Shown: positions 52,705 through 64,000 of the stretch, piece after piece
Numbering within the stretch: the first letter of the stretch is position 1
Layout of the letters: each line of letters opens with the position of its first letter
DNA from: Octopus bimaculoides
Taxonomy: Eukaryota
Direction of reading: 5' to 3'
Assembly: GCF_001194135.2 (NCBI RefSeq)
Contig: NC_068987.1
Location: forward strand, 98,205,032 to 98,269,031
DNA: 64,000 nt
Position numbers and translations under genes: made by a program
Notes under the pieces: generated by a model
The model's database searches: none
Told to the model about the DNA's origin: nothing
The model's input: the letters and a program-made list of their open reading frames with translations, nothing else

Positions 52705-52913
52705 TGTGTATCTGTGTTTGTCCCCCTAGCATTGCATGGCAACTGATGCTGGTGTGCTTATGTCCCAGTCACCTAGCGGTTCAGCAAAAAGAGACCGATA
52801 GAATAAGTACTAGGCTTACAAAGAATTAGTCCCGGGGTCGATTTGCTCTACTAAAGGTGGTGCTCCAGCATGGCCGCAGTCAAGTGACTGAAACAAGTAA
52901 ATGAGTAAAAGAA
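52435..52913 (+). mobile_element. SINE family A copy with three tandem 5' heads
   Basis: GCATAGGAGCGGCTGTGTGGTT, TATAGGCGCAGGAGTGGCTGTGTGGT and ATAGGCGCAGGAGTGGCTGTGTGGTAAG precede one normal body and tail. Confidence 0.9.
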
Positions 52914-53619
52914 ATATGATCGGATATTGTAAAAACTATGGCTAAAAGCTTGTATTTCATTTTACAATGCTTTCCCTAGAGAGCCTTGAGTTTAGCTAAA
53001 ATTCGTTACAATTCTTTGTTCTCTATTTGCAGTAGGGCTTTGAATTTCTAGTTAAATATCTGCTACTTTGGCCTGGTCTTTCTCCATGGACAAAATGAAC
53101 TTAATGAAAAGCCTGAGCTGTCTCTGTACATGTCATGACACTGGGCTGTGTTCTTGGGAACAAAAGTAGAAATTCAAACAGGTAAATATGTAAATAATTC
53201 TTTCAACAGATGGTAGCATTGATAGAATTCTGGCTTTAGCAGTTTGTAATTGCATTTTGTATTCCAAACTGGAGCAGTCAGAAAATTCTTTTAGCTACGT
53301 GTAAATATTTGAATCTTTTCACAAGTGCTTCAATAACAACAGCTGTTCGGGAACAGTTGCGCACGTTGTTTGAACCATCACTAATACCAACAATAGCTCT
53401 TCCAAGTTTATGTTTTAATCAGCTAAATTTGATTTTTAGTTTTACGCCATCAAAATGCGTGTTGTAGTCGTTTCTTCAAGATCCAACAATTTCCCCATTT
53501 ATCGGTGATTGGCAAAAACTGACATTTTCAACTACGTTCACATATGCACAATCTGAATGCACCAAGACACTGAAATTGTATACATGAAAGTATAACAAAT
53601 ACTTTTATTATTCTGCATA

Positions 53620-53732
<113 letters not shown>

Positions 53733-54261
53733 CATACACACACATATGCACATGCATACATATATTTATATGCATACATATATAATGTACAATACAATGT
53801 GGATCAGAAGTAATGAAATAAACTTAAACATTACAAAACCTAAGCTATGAGCATTACCCATAAGCACATCTTAAACGATAGAAACAATATAAACAGATCT
53901 TTACTAAATTGCTAAAATGCAGAAAAAGCGGGGTGGTTACGGCCTCTGACGGACAGAGTTACAATTCTTTGGTCTCTCCTTAGGCAAGAACCACCCTCCC
54001 GAATCTTACCCTATCCGAAAGCACTGAGTATTCATATGCGCGTAAGACAACCGGCCAGCAAGGAGTTATTGTGCCGGAGAATATAATTTACATATTTCTC
54101 TCCCAAACGGTTTGTCATTAAACGATATGTATTTCCGAAGCAACACATCATCACAAGAAGCGGAGCTGACTACAACATCTCAAGCATTTATGTTATATGA
54201 CATCAAATATAACTTTTTACATCTTTCATTTCCAAATGCATGCTACCGGACAATTTAATTC

Positions 54262-54293
<32 letters not shown>

Positions 54294-54789
54294 TTTTTGA
54301 CTATAAAACTCGAAGAAAATAAGTTGAACGAAGCACCTAAGTTTCCAGAGGGTAAGTATTCAAACCCTAAATGAACCCTCTCAAAACATTACTCTCTCAA
54401 CACATCACTACGCTGTTCTCCATCCACTCCTGCTCGCGGTCAGAGATGCACATATCGTCAACTCCAGAGAGACATTCCCAACTGGTCAAGATCAAGATTG
54501 GCATAACTCTTCACGAAGATAAACGGACAATAAGAAGAATGCAATGCGATTTGCAATAGAGATTGTTTATTTAACGGTTTAAACAATATTTCAACCGATC
54601 ATATGTTTTCTTTAGGTTCAAAATATAACATGAAAAAACCGCTGACCCATAGAAATTCGAAATATAAACGAGGACATTCGGCCTTGCTTTTTGCATAAAA
54701 TGGCATCATTAGTGTTCACTTTCATAAATGGTAAAAGGAAAAAGAAAAAGAAAAATGAACCGCGTAGAAAAGCGTTTGATGTTTCCACT

Positions 54790-55503
54790 AATCCCCTGTA
54801 TCAGTACAAATCCGTTTTATCCTCAAAAAATAGGGTTTTCGGATTTGACCTAATCATATGATGTAGATAATCGGAGCAGCTGTGAAGGTAAATGTGTGAT
54901 GACGTGGGCTTGCAAAATAACTCTGTCACTTTTCTGCATCCTGAAAACTTAATTTTTGTGTCCAATAACTCAACGCAAAGTTTTTTTGAAAAATTGGGCG
55001 TATATTTTATATTGGACTTAAAGCTGTAATTTTTAGTTAAACAGTCACAGAAATGCAAGAAGTTAAGTAAACTGTCACGTGATCATTCCTAGATTAAAAC
55101 ACTTCATTAATGAACCATAACCAGAATATTGGTTCATGACTATGCAGGAATTTGAATATCTTCATTAACTACTACATCTCTAATTTCGTCATGAAAGCAT
55201 TAGCGAAATCAACTGCCATGGGGATACCCATAGTGCAACGCCTGGGTTACTATCCTTGGTGGTAAACTTTTTGTCCAAACTTCATTGTGTTACTTAGTAA
55301 CACGACCTTCAATAATTTATTGAGAAAATTAGATGAAATATATTTCGTTGACCATTTTTCAAAGGCATTCATATATAATTCCAGCCCTACATCGTGGTCA
55401 ACATTGAGGGTATAGTGAAAAAACAGATTTCGACACTACTTCGTTGCTTAGAAAAGTTCTTAATTTTGGACACAAAATCAAAAGTATCCCGAATATAGGA
55501 ACT

Positions 55504-55536
<33 letters not shown>

Positions 55537-55700
55537 CTACAGGGAGTATAAAGCTATCCAGCAATTCCGAAATTTTGACTGTAGTAACGTTCATATCCGC
55601 TGCAAATTTTTCAAATGTTTAATGTATTTTGGGGAAACCATAAAATACAGTTGTTCTTTCCTTTGGACGCAAAATCCTGGATTCAATCTTATTTACGAAA
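54790..55700 (-). mobile_element. Degraded Penelope-like reverse transcriptase
   Basis: Minus strand, in the expected order: TVFYGFPKIH, DHDVGLE, KLLKVVLLSNTMKFGQKVYHQ, MGIPMAVDFANAFM, LLDTKI and LFCKPTSSHIYLHSCS. These match Penelope RT motifs FYGLPKIH, AMG..AP..AN.FM, FLD and LY.KPT..H.YLH..S. Confidence 0.75.
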
Positions 55701-56115
55701 CTTTATCTAAATAGGAACACAGGATTTCCTCGCCTATATTTTGAATTTATGTGTTACTGCGGATATTTTCATTTAACATTTTGAACCTGAAGAAGACACG
55801 ATCTGTTGAAATATTGTTCAAATCGTTAAATAAGTAATCTCTACTGTGAATCGCATCGCACTCTTACTACTACTACTACTACTACTACTACTAGTGCTGC
55901 TGCTGCTGTTATTGTTGTTTCTCTTAGGCATAGCGTTACTTATAACCTGGTGCTAAAATTAAATATTGATACACTTCAAAACAAAGCGTCAGTCGAGTAC
56001 AGAAGAACAGTAATAAGAAATTAACATGACACGTAAATAAAAAAATTATGACATAATTTCTTATTCCCTTGTCATTTTAATTTCTTATATATATACATAA
56101 ATTTGTTTGTAAGTA

Positions 56116-57005
56116 CGATGGTAAGTCAAAATTTCTTGTTTCTGTAATTTATCAAGACAGAAGCAGAGGTTAAACAATTAAAATTTCTGTCGACATTGAC
56201 TCCTTGCTTTTCGATGCACTTATTCCAGCGGTTCACAAGTTTGTTTATTCCACCAGAGAAGAAGATTTTCAGGTGATCAGGCAGCGATCTATGCTCAGCT
56301 TCCTGCGCTTCTTCGTCGGTAGCAAATCGGGGCCTGGCAAAAGATGTTTGAACGAACGAGAGCGGTGATAGTCGGTGGGTTCGATATCAGTTTTTTAGCG
56401 ACTCGAATCCCAATCTTTCAATAGTTTCAACGGTGTGGGGCCATATGCGGGCGTGCTTTGTCGAGCAACAACAAGACATGATTTGATAATAGACCTCGGC
56501 TTTTGGTTTGAATTACTGGTTTCAGTTTGTTGGCCAGAATTTCACTGAAGCTTACACTGGTGTCTGTAGAAATTTTTCCCAAGTATTTTTTCACTATAAG
56601 CCCTATTGCTTCCCACAAAACGATTAACGTCCCTTTTTCTACGAAAGATTGAGTCTTGAATTACTTTTCCACTAACGATTCCGGGTCTTTTCACTTCATA
56701 CTCTGCCTTTTGGAATCTGGCGCAAAGTGATGAACCCAGGTCTTATCTCCTGTGACTATTCTCGCAAAAAGTCTTTGCCTTCATCATTGTAGCGATCGCG
56801 TAAGTTTTGATATATCTCCACACGGTTGCACTTATGCGCTTCGGTAAGCACCCTTGGCAATCATTTCGCAGACTGTACGGAAGCGAAGCTTGTGAGGGAT
56901 TTAGTATGCTGAACCGTGATGGATTTGCAGAGAACATGCCACCTCATCGATGATCACACGTCGATTCGCCGGAGCCATCTCTCGTGCTTGTTGAATCCTA
57001 ACGTC
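56116..57005 (-). mobile_element. 5'-truncated mariner (DD34D-type) transposon
   Basis: TGDKTWVHHFAPDSKRQSMK, LLLDKARPHMAPH, DIEPTDYH (decayed PDLAPSDYH), RFATDEEAQEA and RWNKCIEKQG. One TIR-like end, TA|CGATGGTAAGTCAAAA, at 56114-56131. Confidence 0.85.
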
Positions 57006-57184
57006 AGGGGTAGAGTCTGACTGGGTCCCAACTCTTCATGCTTCACACTTCTCCGGTCATTCTTAAACATCTCGATCCTCTCTACACTGTAGCATGCTCT
57101 CCTAATATTGTACTGAAAGACTGTGTTAAATTTCAGCCCTTGACATTCCTTCAGACCAAAGAAACCAGATCACTTCCTTGGTTG

Positions 57185-58080
57185 TGGAGGCTCGTGGCTT
57201 AGAGGCTAGGATGTTGGACTCTTGATCGATTCCTGGACCGAGTTCTTGAGCAAAAGACTCCATTTAACGTTGCCCCGTCCACTCAGCTGGCGAAATGAGT
57301 AGCCCTGCGACGGACCGGCGACCCGTCCGCGAAATTTTTTCCCACGAGAATTCCGGGCCCCAGGTATGAACTCATTTGCATACAGCCAATCAGAGCTCAA
57401 CCATCAAACTAATGTCTACCTAGTCACAAAACTACTCTGGTTGAGTTCAATGGGAAACGTCCATTATAGCAAAATCAAACTGTTCTAAACGAGTTAATAG
57501 GGGTGACAAATGTGAAATTTAGTGTATAAAGTGAGTGGAGCAGCTCACCGATGATGCCATAAGTGTTGCCAATTTGCATAATTTACTAGAATATGTAAAT
57601 GAGTGTGGTTTCCTAATTTTTTGACTGATTTTGTACACTCCTAATTTAAGATGTCTCTGTTGATCTGGAAACATCGTAATCAATATGGCGCTGTGTCGTA
57701 TTGCGCCCTCCTTGCTTATATCAGTGGGTACATGCAGTATCACTAATCTCAGTCTGAGCATAGGTACCTAATGTTAGCTCCATATACAGATGGTGCTCAA
57801 TTGGTCTATGAGGATGGGTGTGGGAAATGTGGTGCTTATGTGAGACCTGCTATGCTGTACTCACAGAGTGGCATACACAATTCTATGCCTGACTGGCTGT
57901 ACTGTAGTAGTACACAGTACGTGGATTTTAAAGGTGAGCACTGATTGGCTGTATGCAAATTAGTTCATTACTGGGGTCCGGACCTCGCGTGGAAAAACTA
58001 TTTCGCGTCTCATCCAGGTGGGGAATATACACGCCATGAAACCATGAAACCAACCCTTATGAGTCGGTATTACTCGAGAA
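57185..58080 (+). mobile_element. tRNA-derived SINE related to family C, split by a MITE insertion
   Basis: Head GGAGGCTCGTGGCTTAGAGGCTAGG and body TTCTTGAGCAAAAGACT...CCACTCAGCTGG...CCCTGCGACGGACCGGCG. It resumes after 58015 with AGGTGGGGAATATACACGCCATGAAACC, and shares CTGCGATGGACTGGCG...GAAACC with the copy at 5208. Confidence 0.75.
57329..58006. mobile_element. Non-autonomous DNA transposon (MITE) with ~70-bp TIRs and degenerate 9-bp TSD, MULE-like
   Basis: Left GCGAAATTTTTTCCCACGAGAATTCCGGGCCCCAGGTATGAACTCATTTGCATACAGCCAATCAGAGCTC versus right reverse complement GCGAAATAGTTTTTCCACGCGAGGTCCGGACCCCAGTAATGAACTAATTTGCATACAGCCAATCAGTGCTC. Flanks GACCCGTCC (57320-57328) and GTCTCATCC (58007-58015). 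Confidence 0.75.
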
Positions 58081-58821
58081 GGTAACTTTACTTCTGAGGA
58101 AGGTAGGTTCTTCCTTGGCGCACACTGCCAGCAGTGGGGCAATGTTTACACTGTAACACAAAAAAGAAAACTGAAGTGATCAATATCAGATTTCGATTAC
58201 GTAAGTGCATGAGTACCATCTTTGAGCACGCGAGCGCCGAAGGCAGATTAGAAGGTTTTGGTGAAAATGCACATAATTTTTTTTACTTCCCTATTGTATA
58301 GATATTATGTATGTATGTATTTTTGTTTGTATCTACGCATCTTTGTATGTATGTATATATGTATGTATATATGTATATACACGTATATATATATATGTAT
58401 ATATGTATGTATGTACACATATAAAGCAGACATATGGATATACACATGATTGCAAGTAATATACAAACAGATACAAACTCTCACATAGTTGTATATGTAC
58501 ATACATGTACGTATATGTAGAAATCACAGACAAGCATGCACGCGTCTGGATATACACACATCAATATATAAGAGTTAAAGTGTATCTTATGGAGATTGGA
58601 AGAAGTACTGCAATCACCATTAGTTACAATTGAAACTATTACACATTGCATTTATGTGTATGCACATGCATGTGAACGTCTAGGATTGTGCGCATGTGAG
58701 TGTGTTTGCATTTGTGTCTGTATTGTGAGTGCGCAAGTATGTATGTCTATGTGTTTCAGTTGTACACATGTGCGAGTGTGGATATGCGTTCGTGTTTTGG
58801 ATATATGTTTGCGTTTGTGTA

Positions 58822-58852
<31 letters not shown>

Positions 58853-61800
58853 GATTTATATATGTGTGTATGTGCATGGACACAGATTTGTGTGTTACAT
58901 AGCTAGCTAGAAGCGATGGCCTCCCAAAGCTAATCAACGGCAGCATTCGTCCTATTTATCTGGACTGCCATGTTAGCTTGGCGATAATTATTAATACGCA
59001 GTACCACTGCGTATCTCTCTTTTAGAGAAATTTAGAAATAATGATATTTCTATTTTTGAAAATCAGCGGAATCAGTCAACAGCGACTCCACATAGATAAG
59101 GGGAAAATNNNNNNNNNNNNNNNNNNNNNNNNNNNNNNNNNNNNNNNNNNNNNNNNNNNNNNNNNNNNNNNNNNNNNNNNNNNNNNNNNNNNNNNNNNNN
59201 NNNNNNNNNNNNNNNNNNNNNNNNNNNNNNNNNNNNNNNNNNNNNNNNNNNNNNNNNNNNNNNNNNNNNNNNNNNNNNNNNNNNNNNNNNNNNNNNNNNN
59301 NNNNNNNNNNNNNNNNNNNNNNNNNNNNNNNNNNNNNNNNNNNNNNNNNNNNNNNNNNNNNNNNNNNNNNNNNNNNNNNNNNNNNNNNNNNNNNNNNNNN
59401 NNNNNNNNNNNNNNNNNNNNNNNNNNNNNNNNNNNNNNNNNNNNNNNNNNNNNNNNNNNNNNNNNNNNNNNNNNNNNNNNNNNNNNNNNNNNNNNNNNNN
59501 NNNNNNNNNNNNNNNNNNNNNNNNNNNNNNNNNNNNNNNNNNNNNNNNNNNNNNNNNNNNNNNNNNNNNNNNNNNNNNNNNNNNNNNNNNNNNNNNNNNN
59601 NNNNNNNNNNNNNNNNNNNNNNNNNNNNNNNNNNNNNNNNNNNNNNNNNNNNNNNNNNNNNNNNNNNNNNNNNNNNNNNNNNNNNNNNNNNNNNNNNNNN
59701 NNNNNNNNNNNNNNNNNNNNNNNNNNNNNNNNNNNNNNNNNNNNNNNNNNNNNNNNNNNNNNNNNNNNNNNNNNNNNNNNNNNNNNNNNNNNNNNNNNNN
59801 NNNNNNNNNNNNNNNNNNNNTATATATATATATATATATATATATATGTTTTGAGGATATGGATGGATATGTGTGCGCGTATGTGTGAGTGTGTACATGT
59901 CTGCCTGTGTATACTCAAATCTATAAGCACAGAATTAAATATACACACACAACACAGATTATACGCCTAGACGTAGATATTTAGACATGAATATCATGAA
60001 AAATACCAATACTCATGAAAGTACTGAAGATGTATACAGGATATGGTGGAGAATATTTAATGTTATTGATAAAACAAGCTTCTCAATCGATATAGCTTGT
60101 TATAAAGCAATTTTCATATAAATTCTGAAATATGATGGGGCGGTTTCAATCCCAAGTGTGCAATGAATTTTGACAGCATTCACTTAGATACAATGAGATG
60201 TTACATAATTCATGAAGCTTGTGAATTTGAGAAACAGTTTAACTGATGAGATCTGATAGCTTTTTTTCAACTTCATTATGAAGGATATAACGTTTCCCTT
60301 CTCATTCAGTGTCTGTTTAATGTATGTATGTATGTATGTATGTATGTATGTATGTATGTATGTATGTATGTATGGAAGTATGTACATATTCATCTTCCTC
60401 AAACTGTATATGTGCGTATATATATATGTATACACACACATATGTACATATGAAAAAGTAAACATACACACATACATGTGATATATTATATATTATATTA
60501 TATTATATTATATNNNNNNNNNNNNNNNNNNNNNNNNNNNNNNNNNNNNNNNNNNNNNNNNNNNNNNNNNNNNNNNNNNNNNNNNNNNNNNNNNNNNNNN
60601 NNNNNNNNNNNNNNNNNNNNNNNNNNNNNNNNNNNNNNNNNNNNNNNNNNNNNNNNNNNNNNNNNNNNNNNNNNNNNNNNNNNNNNNNNNNNNNNNNNNN
60701 NNNNNNNNNNNNNNNNNNNNNNNNNNNNNNNNNNNNNNNNNNNNNNNNNNNNNNNNNNNNNNNNNNNNNNNNNNNNNNNNNNNNNNNNNNNNNNNNNNNN
60801 NNNNNNNNNNNNNNNNNNNNNNNNNNNNNNNNNNNNNNNNNNNNNNNNNNNNNNNNNNNNNNNNNNNNNNNNNNNNNNNNNNNNNNNNNNNNNNNNNNNN
60901 NNNNNNNNNNNNNNNNNNNNNNNNNNNNNNNNNNNNNNNNNNNNNNNNNNNNNNNNNNNNNNNNNNNNNNNNNNNNNNNNNNNATATATATGTAGAAATA
61001 CATATAAAGATATAGACTAATAATAGTAACAATTTTTAGAAGAATGCTTGGAAACTTCTTGCATATTCGTGTATGTTCACATCCACAACTAATGTACTGT
61101 ATATCTGTTTTGTGTGCGTTTTGTGTGTATGTGTACATATACTCTTGTATATGGATACACAAGCACACATACGCACGCACATGCACACATATATTGTCTC
61201 TGTGCCTAATTTGTTTAATAACAAATTTCGTTCTTGAATCATACTTCGATATTCATCCTGGCAAGATCAGCGTCTGGTAGATGTCATAACCTAAGATTTT
61301 TGCATATTTCTGAATTCAAACTGATAGACTGCAGTAAGTATATTCTATACCATTTAGTTTGACACCAAACTGCTTGACTCCACTTTGACGTCATCCGTAC
61401 ACAGACATTCAGAATTGAATTTCCAAGTATCTGCAAGTTAATATGTTTTATTTCATCGCATAATCTGGCAGTAGAATCCCCTTGCATGCATGGAACTTTT
61501 TGCTCGTTTTACATGTTACATCTATATTTGTTTGACAATTAAACTCTGCTACATAACAAACCCTAATAAAATGTCTGTCATAAGACGATGTATACATTTT
61601 GATGTCTCCCTTGCTCTGTCATATTTGAATGAATATATATGCGAATGAATATATATATATATATACGTTATTACTTCTCCTATGCATAAGTGTATATTTG
61701 TGCATTCACCTGCTTTGTTTATCTCGTCGTATACATCTACATCTTTTTCAGTGTAACTATTATTGAACCACACATATACCCGTATTCAGCTCATGGGCAT

Positions 61801-62559
61801 GCATACAAAAATACCTGTGTATATATTTGTACGTTTTATATGAGTTCATCTAAATATAACATGAATATGCTTTGTTAACAGTATACATAAGCTGTATGTT
61901 GTTCTCCATCTTTTTATCTTTTATCATCGCATGATTTTTTATCCTCACATATTACAATGCGTAAGATTGCATAATGCTGTTATATCTCAAGGGAGTTTCG
62001 TATCAGAACGATATCTTAAACAAGGTATAACTACTTCTCACATCATACTCGCTAATTCAAGATATCTAGCATCTGTTGACACACAAATTGTTTCTAACTT
62101 GCAAATTTCTTTCTATGTATCACGTATTTATATTCATTATTACATGTCTGTTGTGTATAGCTAACTTGATTTTGTGGAATTTATGTTTGGCTAGTTTCTT
62201 CTCTTTATCAATATTTGTATCAGTTTCCAGCATATAAAGACTACTGCAATATGTAATTTTCAGCTGATATGCAGAGCGATTTTCTTCTAATTCTTAGTTA
62301 AGATAAAAGGTTCCCGGCAGGAAGTACAGACTGTTTCTTTGTTAATGTTCTGATTTCTTGCATAAACGATTTTCACTTGTTTTGATGTTTCAGCCAAACA
62401 TTTCGATGGAAGAAAATAGTGTTATATTTACTTGCATCTAGTTTTGGTCAATCAGTGAATTAGCATCAATGAGAATTGTTAAGTAAAAGCTTTTAGCATG
62501 CTGTGCATTGTTTTCCTCAATAATAAATAATTAAATAAATATACAATGATTTTAAAATT

Positions 62560-62870
62560 TGGAACAAGGCCAGCAAATTCGAGGAGAGGGTTACAGGCGA
62601 TTACATCGACCCCAGTGCTCAACTGGTACATATTTTATCGTTTCCGAAAGGATGAATGGTAAATCCGACCTCGGTTAAATTTGAACTCAGAACATAAACA
62701 TAGGCGTAGGAGTGGCTGTGTGGTAAGTAGCTTGCTTGCAAACCACATGGTTCCGAGTTCAGTCCCACCCCACTGCGTGGCACCTTCGGCAAGTGTCTTC
62801 TACTATAGTCTCGAGCCGACCAAAGCCTTGTGAGTGGATGTGGTAGACGGAAACTGAAAGAAGCCCGTCG

Positions 62871-62911
<41 letters not shown>

Positions 62912-63194
62912 CTGTATATGTTTTTGTGTCTGTGTTTGTCCTCCCAACATCGCTTGACAACCGATGGTGGTGTGTTTACGTCCCCGTCACTTAGCGGTTC
63001 GACAAAGAGACCGATAGAATAAGGACTAGGCTTCCAAAGAATAAGCCCTGGGGTCGATTTGCTCGACTAAAGGCGGTGCTCCAACATGGCCTCAGTCAAA
63101 TGATTGAAGCGAGTAAAAGAGTAAAAGAGAGACAAAAATGTAGCTAAGCATTTTTGGCCCAGCGTTTAAACGATTCTGGCAGTTCGCCACTTTA
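62560..63194 (-). mobile_element. SINE family B copy split by a family A insertion
   Basis: The left part ends GAACTCAGAACATAAACA at 62700. The right part resumes GCTAAGCATTT...AAACGATTCTGGCAGTTCGCCACTTTA after 63128. Confidence 0.75.
62701..63128 (+). mobile_element. SINE family A copy, full length
   Basis: TAGGCGTAGGAGTGGCTGTGTGGTAAGTAGC head through GAGTAAAAGAGTAAAAGA tail. Confidence 0.9.
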
Positions 63195-63632
63195 CTCCAC
63201 ATCAATAAAATATATAATAAAAGTCACACCACTCATAATCTACACAATTGTCACAGGACACTAAAGTGCAAACCACGCAAATACTCCACACAATAGTCAT
63301 TAAAATAAAACACCTGCCACCACTTATGTTCGGAACTATCAGCACTCAAAATGTTCCATAGAGCACAGATGAAATACAGACCAACTGATACTTGTGCTTA
63401 ACCCTACGTGAACCCTGAGCGAGCATGCATTTAATCAAAGACATTCGAGATGTGACTATATTTATGATATATATAAATTACACTTTCCAAAGTGATATTC
63501 ATCTAAGACCGTGGGCGTGATTTTGAGGAAGGCACTGCAAATCGCAGATAAACTAGTTTCACCTTTGTGTTTTTGGTAATTTTTTTCATTTTCTAATCTT
63601 TGTTAATTAAGATCATCACCATCATCATTACA

Positions 63633-63730
63633 GGGAAAATGCTTAACGGCATTTCGTCTGTCTTTAGATTCTGAGTTCAAATTCCACCGACGTCGACTTT
63701 CCTTTTCATCCCTTTCGGAGTAGATAAAAT
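63633..63730 (+). mobile_element. SINE family B fragment
   Basis: GAAAATGCTTAACGGCATTTCGTCTGTCTTTAGATTCTGAGTTCAAATTCCACCGACGTCGACTTT. Confidence 0.7.
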
Positions 63731-64000
63731 GCCTCCCCCTTTGGGAGTTCTAATTATTTATTTATCTATTTATTTATCTATTTATTTATTATATCTTTCT
63801 CCGTTTTCTTCCTCTGTTTAGACGAACTTTCCTACCTTTTCGGACAAAACCTTTTGTAACCTTCGTCCTGTCTTTGTCCTTATATGTTTTAATTGATATT
63901 AGCCCTTGTGGCCAATAAAACGAATTAATTATTATTATTATCACTATCATCATTATTGGTTATGGTCAAAGCATGAACGCTAGAAACTAAAGTAATTTTT

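Noticed and set aside
58994-59014. Perfect 9-bp hairpin ATACGCAGT-ACC-ACTGCGTAT
   Set aside because: Short enough to arise by chance in 64 kb, and not followed by a Helitron-type CTRR end.
61284-61487. Possible minus-strand exon (TWKFNSECLCTDDVKVESSSLVSN*) after a TTGCAG acceptor
   Set aside because: Short, unrecognised peptide with no linked exons; cannot be supported without transcript data.

Overview
Animal genomic DNA from a gapped draft assembly (many N runs), AT-rich and full of microsatellites. The three tRNA-derived SINE families resemble those I recall from octopus genomes, so an octopod cephalopod is the likely source (inference, not verified). I found no host protein-coding gene, tRNA or rRNA that I can support, so the window looks intronic or intergenic. 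Nearly all long ORFs in the supplied track are microsatellite or N-gap artefacts. The real content is a layered set of transposon remains: SINEs (some nested or with repeated heads), R4/Dong-like, RTE, L1/Tx1 and Penelope retroelement fragments, two Helitron 3' ends with hairpin + CTAG termini, and DNA transposons (a full-length Tc1 with DD36E spacing, mariner, maT-like, hAT-like, and a MULE-like MITE with a 9-bp TSD). Four features stand out. (1) A ~1.65-kb array of roughly 45 visible copies of a conserved 15-bp core, TTCCTGGAAAGTTCC, with variable spacers; the core reads as overlapping STAT, Rel/NF-kB, ETS and near-HSE motifs, and the array lies just upstream of a Helitron 3' end. (2) The DD36E Tc1. 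(3) A ~310-bp near-perfect palindrome. (4) A MITE whose terminal inverted repeats (TIRs) carry octamer + CCAAT modules. All family calls come from hand translation and motif recognition, not database searches, and boundaries of degraded elements are approximate.
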